Shown piece by piece: positions 55,896-64,000 of a DNA stretch of 64,000 nt (positions are counted from its first letter, which is position 1; the number at the start of each line of letters is the position of its first letter). This DNA is from Myxococcota bacterium. GTDB lineage: Bacteria; Myxococcota_A; Polyangia; Polyangiales; Houyiibacteriaceae. The position numbers and the translations under genes were made by a program. The stretch covers positions 27,076 to 91,075 of the forward strand of contig JANQQS010000095.1 of the NCBI GenBank assembly GCA_028284955.1. Reading direction: 5' to 3'. The notes under the pieces are model-generated. The model was not told the DNA's origin, did not search any database, and was given only the letters and a program-made list of their open reading frames with translations.

Positions 55896-57437
55896 CTACG
55901 CCGCGCGCCGGTTGCCTCGTGCCGCCAATCGTTGGGCCGCCGCAAAGACCACCGCCATGATCGAGTGTTGTGGGTTGGTTCCGAGGTTGGTGGGAAATAC
56001 GCTCGCGTCCATCACGTACAGACCGCGGACCGCGTGTGTTTCGAGGGAAGGCGAGACCACGCTTCGAGAAGGCTCGGAGCCGGCACACGCGGTGCCGAAA
56101 AGATGGGACGCGAGCAAATGAAGATCGCGCTGACCTATAGGGTGTCGCTCGAGCCGATCGCAGTCTCGCGGATCGGTCAGTACTTCTGGAACGCCGGCGA
56201 CCCCCGGATAGACTTCGGTGGCCCCGGCGGCAAACATCATACGACACGCGAGCGTAATGCCGTCTCGAACAATCCCGAGATCGGACGCGGAGGGAGCATA
56301 GCGAACCCGCGGCGAAGCCCCCAGTGCTCGAAACCCCAGTGCTCGAAACCCCAGTGCTCGAAACCCCAGTGCTCGAAACCCCGGGCGAACCGTGCCGTGC
56401 GCGCGCATACGGCACATCACCGCCCACTGCGCGAAATGATCGAGCGCTCCAATACGTTCGCTCCATTCCGATCCGGCACCTGGAATACGCGCGGCAATCA
56501 ATCCCGGTGGCAAGGAGAGAGATTCGAGTTTGAATCCGCGCGCGGGAAGCGGAACCTCGTAGCCCTGGGTCGCTCCAAACGCCATCCGCACCGGATGAGG
56601 AAAGCGCCCTACCACCGCCGCCCCAGGATGCGCCTGAAAACGATCCCCGACCAGCCTTTTGAGGCCTGTTCGACGCAGAATGAGCGGAGTGTGAAGCGCT
56701 CCCGCACAAATGATCACGCCGCCACGCGCATGAATGCGGACGCGCCCTCCTCCTTTCCGATGTTGTCCGACCACCGTCGATGCGCTTCCCCGGCGCACCT
56801 CTACGCGCTGCACGCGAACCCCCGTGTGCAGGCGCGCGCCGTGGGCGAGCGCCATGGGTACATAGGACACGTCCATGCTCTGCCGCGCTTCTCCGGGGCA
56901 GCCTTGCATGCATTCGCCTCGCCCCGCGCAACGACGCGCGTTGCGCACCGTGGGTTTGCTTTCAAGGCCCAGCGCGCGCGCGCCCGCTTCCATCAAATCC
57001 GAGTTTCCCCCTCGTATAGTCTCTTGCGTCTCAGCCACCTCGAGCTCGCGCTCGATCATCTCGTATGCCGACTCGAGCTGGGCTTCGCCAACGAGCTCTT
57101 CGAGCCCGAATCGAGCGATCCACTCGCGACGCACCGAATCGGGCATTCGCCATACGATGCCAGAATTGACGGCGGTGCTTCCTCCAACGCATTTGCCCTG
57201 AAGCAGCGGCATGGGCGCGTGGCCGACGGTGGCCTGAAACCCTCCGTCGCGTAGCGACGTCATCATGGCTCCTGCTGCGTCGCGCGGCCGCTGCGAGGTC
57301 TTTAGAAAGTCACCTTCCTCCACCATCACCACTTCGTGCCCCGCGCCTGCAAGCACTCGCGCAGCCGTGGCGCCTCCCGCTCCCGTGCCGACGATCACAA
57401 AGTCGGCCGAGTCTTCGATCGCGCATCGAACCTTCAC
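55896..57437 (-). CDS. GMC-family FAD-dependent oxidoreductase
   Basis: DFVIVGTGAGGATAARVLAGAGHEVVMVEEG Rossmann motif; C-terminal GMC-like region (VMDASVFPTNLGTNP). Contains a (GFRAL)x4 insertion. Confidence 0.85.
   Translation of the reverse strand: MKVRCAIEDSADFVIVGTGAGGATAARVLAGAGHEVVMVEEGDFLKTSQRPRDAAGAMMTSLRDGGFQATVGHAPMPLLQGKCVGGSTAVNSGIVWRMPDSVRREWIARFGLEELVGEAQLESAYEMIERELEVAETQETIRGGNSDLMEAGARALGLESKPTVRNARRCAGRGECMQGCPGEARQSMDVSYVPMALAHGARLHTGVRVQRVEVRRGSASTVVGQHRKGGGRVRIHARGGVIICAGALHTPLILRRTGLKRLVGDRFQAHPGAAVVGRFPHPVRMAFGATQGYEVPLPARGFKLESLSLPPGLIAARIPGAGSEWSERIGALDHFAQWAVMCRMRAHGTVRPGFRALGFRALGFRALGFRALGASPRVRYAPSASDLGIVRDGITLACRMMFAAGATEVYPGVAGVPEVLTDPRDCDRLERHPIGQRDLHLLASHLFGTACAGSEPSRSVVSPSLETHAVRGLYVMDASVFPTNLGTNPQHSIMAVVFAAAQRLAARGNRRAA
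56308..56367 (-). repeat. perfect in-frame 15-bp tandem repeat x4 inside the GMC oxidoreductase gene
   Basis: ccccagtgctcgaaa occurs four times exactly. Encodes GFRAL x4. Confidence 0.95.
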
Positions 57438-58126
57438 GCAACCTCGGAAGGTGAATCCGAATAGACTGTCTCTTGCGCAGATTGTTGCTCAGCGGACGCT
57501 ACTTTTTCCACCGGCCCACTTTCTTCCCAATCGTTCGGAACGATGGGCAAGCGAGGACGCGCGGGCGCGCGAACCGGAGAACCAAGCGCTCGATCACGGT
57601 CGTAGTGGGAGCGCCTGCGTATGTGTTCAATTCGGAATAGCGCAAGCGCAGCGTACAACTTCAGCAGCGTGGTGAGCTCGCGCACCGCGAACGAAGAATG
57701 GGTGAGCAAACGCCCAAGGATGCGAACCCGCTCTTTGGGCGCGAGCCGCGGAAACGTGATGAAACGGCGCTCCAACCAAAACGGCGCGAGCACCACCATC
57801 CACACCGCAACCCGCAATCCTACGCTCGCCTGTCGAGAGGCAAACCTGCGCATGCGCATGAACGTATTGAGCAACGAATGCTCGTCGATGCTCGGGTCCT
57901 CCCCCTCTCCGTTTAACGAATCTGGCAACGACGCTGGCAACGATTCTGCGTTCGACGTTTTTGGGTTCGTCGCCTCTGTCCGGTGCCCGGGCTCTCCGAA
58001 CGAGGAGAGCAGGCATCGGACCCAGCGTTTCTCGAACCCGAACATCGCACGCTCCGAACCCGGCGTTCGATTCGCTCCGGCCAGCCGAGTTCTCTTTAGT
58101 GTATCGCACTGCATCCACCTGCTCAA
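57434..58126 (-). CDS. hypothetical membrane-associated protein, translationally coupled to the GMC oxidoreductase
   Basis: 4-nt overlap with the downstream oxidoreductase start. Hydrophobic segment VGLRVAVWMVVLAPFWL. The start is uncertain (an internal ATG at 58045 is possible). Confidence 0.5.
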   Translation of the reverse strand: MSRWMQCDTLKRTRLAGANRTPGSERAMFGFEKRWVRCLLSSFGEPGHRTEATNPKTSNAESLPASLPDSLNGEGEDPSIDEHSLLNTFMRMRRFASRQASVGLRVAVWMVVLAPFWLERRFITFPRLAPKERVRILGRLLTHSSFAVRELTTLLKLYAALALFRIEHIRRRSHYDRDRALGSPVRAPARPRLPIVPNDWEESGPVEKVASAEQQSAQETVYSDSPSEVA

Positions 58127-58338
58127 ACGCTCAGGTCAAATGCACACCAGAGCGAACTTTAGTTTTGGTGAATAAATCAACAAAAAATTCGGCGTCCCAC
58201 ATCTGATCGTGACGCATTTTTTTAGTACTATAGGGTGTATCGTCTCAGGGTCGACGTACGTGGGCCTACGACAATGGATTCATCCGCATCCTGCACATGT
58301 GGAACGCCCAAGACGTAGAAAGGGAGCCGGACCGATTT

Positions 58339-61059
58339 ATGTTTGAGAGGAAGTATCTAAGAGAGATAGGGCTCGCCGCGGCGACATCGTTCGCTGCGTT
58401 CGGATGCGCCCTAGGGAACTCCCCCGAGGCAGAGGAACCCGCTGTCGAGACCTACCAAACTGGAGGAACCAACGGAAACTCAGTGGTGGTCGCGTACCCG
58501 GCAGCGCCAAACGCGGTGGCCAGCTCGACCTTCTCCGTGACCGTCAATGGCGAGCCCGTGTTCGTCGAAGAAGACCGGCGCATCAGCTACGCAAACTTCG
58601 CCTTCGCGGGCGAGATCACGGTTGAAGTCACGCTGAGCGAAAACTTCAACAGCTATCGACTTAGTCCTCAGGCGTACAACATTTCTAGCAGCACCAATGG
58701 CGACAAGCTGACGTTCACCCTGGATAGCCCGCGCCACCTTGTGCTCCACCAGATCAATGGTTGGGAATCTGATTTTGTCAACGAAAAGCGCCTCTTCATT
58801 TTCGCCAACGCGATTCCCAAAGCAGCCGACGAACTCGGCGCTTCGCAGCTTGTGAGCGCGCAGGCAAAGGGCATCGACTCTACGGGCGCAACGGACGTCA
58901 CCAACGCCATCGCCACCGAAATCGACGCCCTTTCCGCATCGGGCGGCGGCGTGCTCGTATTCGAACCCGGTCTCTATCTGGTGCGCCACGTGTTCATCAA
59001 AGATGACGTCACCGTCTACCTCGAAGCCGGCGCGCGCCTCCAGGCCTCGAACGCCGTTCCTTCCGAAGACGGCATCATCAAGTTCACCGATGTCGACAAC
59101 GCGCGCCTCATGGGTCCGGGTTCGGTAGACGCAAACGGCGTGTACCTGCGCTACAACACCAGCGCGAGTGGCTTCTCGCTGATCCGCGCCGACCGTTCGT
59201 CGAACATTGTGGTTGAGGACGTCGTGCTCCAAGACCCCTCTGCGTTCGCAGTGTGGTTCCGCGACTGCGAACACGTCACGATGTACAACACCAAGCAGAT
59301 CGACTACGACAACCGCGACCTAGCGAGCAACGGCGGCAACGACGGCATCGACCCCGACGCAACCCGTCATATGCTCGTCGATAGCTGCTTTGTGTACGCG
59401 GGCGACGACGCCACGGCCATCAAGGGCATTTCCCCGACCTGGCCCCTCATCGAAGACATCACCTTCCGCAACAACGTGATTTTTCAGTCGGCGCTTGGCT
59501 CTGGCCTCGGCATCGGCTCGCAGTTCGATTCCACGCAGTTCGAAAACATCACCTTCGAAAACAACGACGTGCTGGCGGCGCGATTCGCGGTCGATATGGG
59601 CATGCGTTCGAGCACATCAAGCCCTGGCGACAACCCGCAATTCTCGGGCGTGTTCTACAAGAACAATCGCTTCGGCATGACCCGCGGCTCGTTCGTCTTC
59701 GGCGGAAACGCACGGCGCGATGCGATGTACAAAGACGTGTATTTCAAGCTGAACGAGTTTGAAGGCAACAACGACAACAACCCACCGAAGTACGAAACCT
59801 TCGACAACGCGGTCATGATGGACTGGGACTTCGACGGGGTCACGGTGAACGGCCAGCTCATGGACAACATCAACGACTTCGACACCACGGGCACCGGGAT
59901 CAGCGGATTCACGTTCGCGAACAGCGCCCACACCCTCGTCACCGTCGATACGACCGCCACCATGGTGCAAGAAGGCAACAGCGCCGACTTCGTCATCACT
60001 CGAACGGGTGACACCAGTGGTGGTTTGGTCGTGTACTTCGAGTTGCGTGGTACCGCGGTCAACGGCACCGACTACTCGACCATCGCCAACAACTACGAGT
60101 ACCTCGCGCCCGGCCAAGCCTCGGCGACCGTATCCATCGACTCCATCGCAGATGGTCAGACCGAGGGCGTCGAGCCTGTCGTTCTGACCCTCACCAACAA
60201 TCACGGCGCCGGCGGCTACCTCATCGGAGCCGACTACAACGCGATGATCACCATCGACGACCGGCCATCCACCATCTTCGAAACGGGCAAGCTGGTCTTC
60301 TCGCAGCCGAACGCCTCAACTTGGTTTACCCAAAACCTGCAGGGCACCTACACCAACCCTGTCGTCATCATGGGCACGCCTTCCATCAACGGATGGAACC
60401 AGTCGACCATGCGGGTGCGCAACGTGACGCCCACGAGCTTCCAGTATCAACTGGACGAGTGGGACTATCACGACGGCAAGCACAATACCGAGACGGTGGC
60501 GTACTTGGTGGTCGAAGCCGGCACCCACGACATCGGCGGCCTCAGATGGGAAGCCTGGTTTATTCCCGGCGGCGGCACCACAGGCTGGAAAACGAAGACC
60601 TTCGAGCGAAATGACTTCAACGGTCAGCAAACCGTACTCGCCCAGGTCATGTCGACCAACGAAGCGTCAGCCGTCACCACCCGCATCCGCAACGTGAACG
60701 GATCGAGCTTCCAAATCCTCATCGAAGAAGAGGAAGCGGGCGGTTCGCACGCCCAGGAGACTGTCGGCTACGTGGCTATCTCCAAAGGAAACGGAAGCGT
60801 CGGCGGTTCGGATTTCGTGACCAACCTGACCGGAAACTCTGTGACCCACAACTACTACACCATCAACTTCGGACAGACCCTGAACAACCCTCTGTTCTTC
60901 TCGGAGATGTCCACCTACGATGGCGGAGACACCACCGCGATGCGGCATCGAAACCTCACGTCGACCAGCGTGCAGGTCAAGTGCGAAGAAGAGGCGTCGG
61001 CCAACTCCGAAGTCTCGCACACCACCGAGGTCGTTCGCTGGCTTGCCATCGAGCAGTAG
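58339..61059 (+). CDS. secreted lipoprotein: GH28-like beta-helix + Calx-beta + three H-type-lectin-like repeats (copy 2)
   Basis: Collinear with 7625..10348 over the full length; most residues look identical by eye. Same AGGGAGC-GGACCG-TTT-ATG leader. The ATG at 58339 corresponds to the copy-1 start (ORF track 58297). Confidence 0.8.
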   Translation: MFERKYLREIGLAAATSFAAFGCALGNSPEAEEPAVETYQTGGTNGNSVVVAYPAAPNAVASSTFSVTVNGEPVFVEEDRRISYANFAFAGEITVEVTLSENFNSYRLSPQAYNISSSTNGDKLTFTLDSPRHLVLHQINGWESDFVNEKRLFIFANAIPKAADELGASQLVSAQAKGIDSTGATDVTNAIATEIDALSASGGGVLVFEPGLYLVRHVFIKDDVTVYLEAGARLQASNAVPSEDGIIKFTDVDNARLMGPGSVDANGVYLRYNTSASGFSLIRADRSSNIVVEDVVLQDPSAFAVWFRDCEHVTMYNTKQIDYDNRDLASNGGNDGIDPDATRHMLVDSCFVYAGDDATAIKGISPTWPLIEDITFRNNVIFQSALGSGLGIGSQFDSTQFENITFENNDVLAARFAVDMGMRSSTSSPGDNPQFSGVFYKNNRFGMTRGSFVFGGNARRDAMYKDVYFKLNEFEGNNDNNPPKYETFDNAVMMDWDFDGVTVNGQLMDNINDFDTTGTGISGFTFANSAHTLVTVDTTATMVQEGNSADFVITRTGDTSGGLVVYFELRGTAVNGTDYSTIANNYEYLAPGQASATVSIDSIADGQTEGVEPVVLTLTNNHGAGGYLIGADYNAMITIDDRPSTIFETGKLVFSQPNASTWFTQNLQGTYTNPVVIMGTPSINGWNQSTMRVRNVTPTSFQYQLDEWDYHDGKHNTETVAYLVVEAGTHDIGGLRWEAWFIPGGGTTGWKTKTFERNDFNGQQTVLAQVMSTNEASAVTTRIRNVNGSSFQILIEEEEAGGSHAQETVGYVAISKGNGSVGGSDFVTNLTGNSVTHNYYTINFGQTLNNPLFFSEMSTYDGGDTTAMRHRNLTSTSVQVKCEEEASANSEVSHTTEVVRWLAIEQ

Positions 61060-61114
61060 TCGTCAGTGAATGACAGGCGCTGGTTGAAGTACAACCAGCG
61101 TATGCGGCACACTG

Positions 61115-61150
61115 GCCCCGCGCTTCATTGCGCGGGGCTTTGTTCTTTTC
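61115..61150 (+). terminator. Rho-independent terminator (overlaps the stop of the convergent gene)
   Basis: Stem gccccgcgc / gcgcggggc with a 6-nt loop, then tttgttcttttc. Confidence 0.65.
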
Positions 61151-62156
61151 TGGTCTCTGCTGGAGATCGGTCAAGCGGGACCAACACAAGCCGATACAGC
61201 CGCAAATCGGCGCGATCGAAGCTGTCCTCGCGCAGTGCGTTGTCTCGAAATAGAGCCTGGTACGCACGAGCGCCCGACCCCTTTCCGGCCTCTTGCGTCG
61301 CCACTGGCAACAGATACCGCCACGCGCCCCCGCCTTCGTAGGCCACTCCGTGCTGCGAAGAAATCACCCGCTCAAGAAAACCCGGACTCCGCGCGCCCAG
61401 CGTTCCATCTTCTTCGAGGAGCGATATCTCGACATCGAGCCGCGGAAGGGCATCGAGGAGCGGCCCGCCCATCGCTTTCTCTCGCTCCGCCCAACGCTGC
61501 CGCGCAACCATCGTCGCCGTGATCAGCGCGCGCGCGAGCGAGCTGCCTCGAGCTGAACGCCACAAACGCGCCGCGGAACCTTCGCGAAGAAGCACCAATA
61601 CCTCCACAGTTCGCAATCGCCGAAGAGACTCTGGGAGCTTGGCCAGCGGCGGAGGCTTTTCGCCCGAAAGAATTTGTCGCGCCATGCGGCCGAGCATTCC
61701 TTCGAAGCGCGAACCTCGTTCGTTGTCTCTGACCGCGTAAAACGCGTAGCGCGACGTCAGATAGACTCCGCGAAACGGGGGCACGTATTCATATCGACCC
61801 ATCCGGTCAATCACGCGCGGACTCTTCGCGCCCGGCTGGCGCAACGCGCGTACGTTCACCAAGATGCCCTGCACTCGAGCCGAACGCATGGCTTTCGCGG
61901 CGGCTACCTCATCACGTCTACGAAGCGCATCGCTGAGCCTGGCAGCGGCGGCCGGCCGCACGAACGTCGTCCCCACGATGTCCTCACGAAGGACTTCATC
62001 CGCGCGCCAGACCAGCACGCGCTTGCGTCCCGCGAGCTTCTCGATCAAGCCTTGAGGCGCTTGCTCGCGAGTTTGAACTCGCCACAGCGCGACCAAACCC
62101 GCCGCCCCCACGACAAGTATTCCCGCCCACCATTTCGCTCGCCTGCTCAGCGTCAT
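61125..62156 (-). CDS. membrane-anchored hypothetical protein with an AMMECR1-like C-terminal region (tentative)
   Basis: The ATG at 62156 (MTLSRRAKWWAGILVVGAAGLVAL) avoids overlap with ald. The C-terminal LDVEISLLEEDGTL...HGVAYEGGGAWRYLLPVATQE loosely resembles AMMECR1. Confidence 0.5.
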   Translation of the reverse strand: MTLSRRAKWWAGILVVGAAGLVALWRVQTREQAPQGLIEKLAGRKRVLVWRADEVLREDIVGTTFVRPAAAARLSDALRRRDEVAAAKAMRSARVQGILVNVRALRQPGAKSPRVIDRMGRYEYVPPFRGVYLTSRYAFYAVRDNERGSRFEGMLGRMARQILSGEKPPPLAKLPESLRRLRTVEVLVLLREGSAARLWRSARGSSLARALITATMVARQRWAEREKAMGGPLLDALPRLDVEISLLEEDGTLGARSPGFLERVISSQHGVAYEGGGAWRYLLPVATQEAGKGSGARAYQALFRDNALREDSFDRADLRLYRLVLVPLDRSPAETRKEQSPAQ

Positions 62157-62213
62157 CCTCGAATATCTGCTACGATCTTTGCGACGCTGCACTCCTAGCA
62201 CGATCGACCTACC

Positions 62214-63344
62214 GTGATCATCGGAGTTCCCAAAGAACTGAAGACCCGCGAATATCGCGTGGGAATCAACCCCGGCGGGGTTTCGCTGCTCGCGCGCCAC
62301 GGCCACCAAGTGCTCGTGGAGCAAGGCGCCGGGGCTGGTTCAGGCATTACCGACGCCGAATTCAAAGCCGCAGGCGCCACGGTGGTGCCCAACGCTTCGG
62401 ACGCGTGGTCCGCCGAACTCGTGATGAAGGTCAAGGAGCCGCTCGAGCCGGAGTATTCCTACTTTCGCTCAGACCTTACCCTCTTCACGTATCTGCACCT
62501 CGCCCCCCTCCCCGACCTCACCCAGGCATTGATGGACGCAAAGGTACGCGCCATCGCGTACGAAACGATCGAAAACCCTGATGGAACGTTGCCCTTGCTG
62601 CGACCGATGAGCGAAGTAGCGGGACGCATGGCGGTCCAAGTGGGCGCGGCGTGTTTGGAAAAGGAGCGCGGCGGCAAAGGAATCTTGCTCGGCGGCGTAC
62701 CAGGCACCCGTCGAGGCCGGGTCGCGATTCTAGGGGGAGGCATCGTCGGGTCAAACGCAGCCCGCATCGCGGTCGGCATCGGCGCCCAAGTGACGTTACT
62801 CGAACTGGATCACGACCGCATGGCGTACCTCGAAGACGTATTTCAGGGAGAAATCGAGACCCTCTATTCGAACCCCAAGAATATCGAGTACATCGTGCAG
62901 CAAGCCGATTTGGTGGTCGGTGCCGTGCTCATTCCGGGCGCGCGCGCCCCGAAACTCGTCGACCGAGATCTCATCTCACGCATGTCGGACGGGTCGGTGG
63001 TAGTCGACGTAGCCGTCGATCAAGGCGGATGCATCGAAACCTGTCGACCCACCACCCACGACAACCCGACCTACATCATCGACGGGGTCGTCCACTATTG
63101 CGTGCCCAATATGCCTGGCGCAGTGAGCCATACCAGCACCTTCGCGCTCACCAACGTCACTGTGAAATACGTTGCGCGGATGGCGAGCCTGGGAATCGAG
63201 GAGAGCATTCGCGAAGATATGACAGGCCTCGGCCGGGGCGTGAACTGCTGGGATGGTCATTGCACGTATCAAGCCGTGGCTACGGCGACGGGCGCGCCCC
63301 ACACCGCACTCGACTCTATTCTCCAGGGGACTGCGATTCTGTAG
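62214..63344 (+). CDS. ald: alanine dehydrogenase
   Basis: IIGVPKELKTREYRVGINPGGVSLLARHGHQVLVEQGAGAGSG..., VAILGGGIVGSNAARIA, HYCVPNMPGAV. Confidence 0.95.
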   Translation: MIIGVPKELKTREYRVGINPGGVSLLARHGHQVLVEQGAGAGSGITDAEFKAAGATVVPNASDAWSAELVMKVKEPLEPEYSYFRSDLTLFTYLHLAPLPDLTQALMDAKVRAIAYETIENPDGTLPLLRPMSEVAGRMAVQVGAACLEKERGGKGILLGGVPGTRRGRVAILGGGIVGSNAARIAVGIGAQVTLLELDHDRMAYLEDVFQGEIETLYSNPKNIEYIVQQADLVVGAVLIPGARAPKLVDRDLISRMSDGSVVVDVAVDQGGCIETCRPTTHDNPTYIIDGVVHYCVPNMPGAVSHTSTFALTNVTVKYVARMASLGIEESIREDMTGLGRGVNCWDGHCTYQAVATATGAPHTALDSILQGTAIL

Positions 63345-63385
63345 AGGACTGCGATTCTGTAGGATACTGCGATTCTGTAGAATAC
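63311..63385. repeat. 18-bp tandem repeat (3-4 units) spanning the convergent overlap of ald and the next gene
   Basis: gactgcgattctgtagag / gactgcgattctgtagga / tactgcgattctgtagaa. The plus strand gives the ald tail GTAIL*. The minus strand gives STESQYPTESQSSTESQSPGE*. Confidence 0.9.
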
Positions 63386-64000
63386 CGCGCCACCGACAAA
63401 GTCGCGGGATGATCGGTGATGTCTAGCTGCGGAATGCGCAATACGCCGTATCGGTTCGCATGCGTCTCTCCCGAGCGATGCCCAAACGACCACTGCACGC
63501 GTTCACCAGGAAGACACACAAAACGCTGAACGCGCCGTAGCGTCACGTCGACACGGATAGGAAGCTGAACGTCGTGACCCTGGCGAACGAAGATAGGCAC
63601 CTCGAAACGATCTTCGCGGTCCACGATCGCCGCAGCGTCCCAGCGCAAAAAGCGGTTAAGCGCCCCGACGCGATCGCCAGCCCAGCCGGTATCCTGCACG
63701 CTTCCTTCTTCGCCGCAATACCCTCGCTCGACATCCCATCGCCGACCGTCTTTGTTCGTTCCTTCGCCTGGCTTGGCGTCGCTCGATGCGCGCGAAAACG
63801 CCGGGAACGCCAAATCACGGCGAAAGAACGTGCGCGCGTCATGCACGTGGTTCCACCCCTCGTCCCACCACCGACTTTTTAGAACGGGGTCTGGTCCTAA
63901 GTGGCCGCTTTCATCCCACACCGCGTAGTGCCCAATGCCTTCTTGTTGCAGCACCGAATAGAACGACGCTTCGGCCAACGTCTGATTGCGCGCCGGGTCC
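63316..64000 (-). CDS. hypothetical protein, 5'-truncated by the window edge
   Basis: The reading frame stays open to position 64000 with no upstream stop, so the TTG at 63978 is unlikely to be the true start. No domain recognised. Confidence 0.5.
   Translation of the reverse strand, partial: DPARNQTLAEASFYSVLQQEGIGHYAVWDESGHLGPDPVLKSRWWDEGWNHVHDARTFFRRDLAFPAFSRASSDAKPGEGTNKDGRRWDVERGYCGEEGSVQDTGWAGDRVGALNRFLRWDAAAIVDREDRFEVPIFVRQGHDVQLPIRVDVTLRRVQRFVCLPGERVQWSFGHRSGETHANRYGVLRIPQLDITDHPATLSVARYSTESQYPTESQSSTESQSPGE

Overview
High-GC bacterial chromosome. The gene content (many lipoproteins, a Hanks-type kinase, a sigma-54 activator, TPR/STAND-like regulators, secreted glycanases) suggests Myxococcota or a similar deltaproteobacterial lineage, but this is inference only. 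Conserved housekeeping blocks: tex, efp-epmA, cutA, xerD, cobC-cobS-cobT-mtnA-gatB, gatC-gatA, ald, thioredoxin, GST and TauE. Between them lie accessory islands that look lower in GC and encode lipoproteins or secreted proteins of unknown function. No rRNA, tRNA or CRISPR was recognised. Main observations: (1) a RAYT-type HUH transposase gene sits between arrays of a GACCCCGGGTC-core palindromic repeat, a REPtron-like arrangement. (2) A ~3 kb gene cassette (GH28-like beta-helix + Calx-beta + three H-type-lectin-like repeats, with its leader and terminator) occurs twice about 50 kb apart. (3) epmA has no canonical start codon, lies in frame with efp behind a single TAG, and has a perfect Shine-Dalgarno sequence in front of an ATT codon. 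(4) The thioredoxin/tex convergent junction is duplicated as an ~86/116 bp direct repeat bracketing a low-GC lipoprotein cassette. (5) In-frame 15- or 18-bp tandem repeats occur inside many genes, including housekeeping genes, and some supply the stop codons at convergent gene ends. All functional calls come from reading the translated ORFs by eye; no database search was run.
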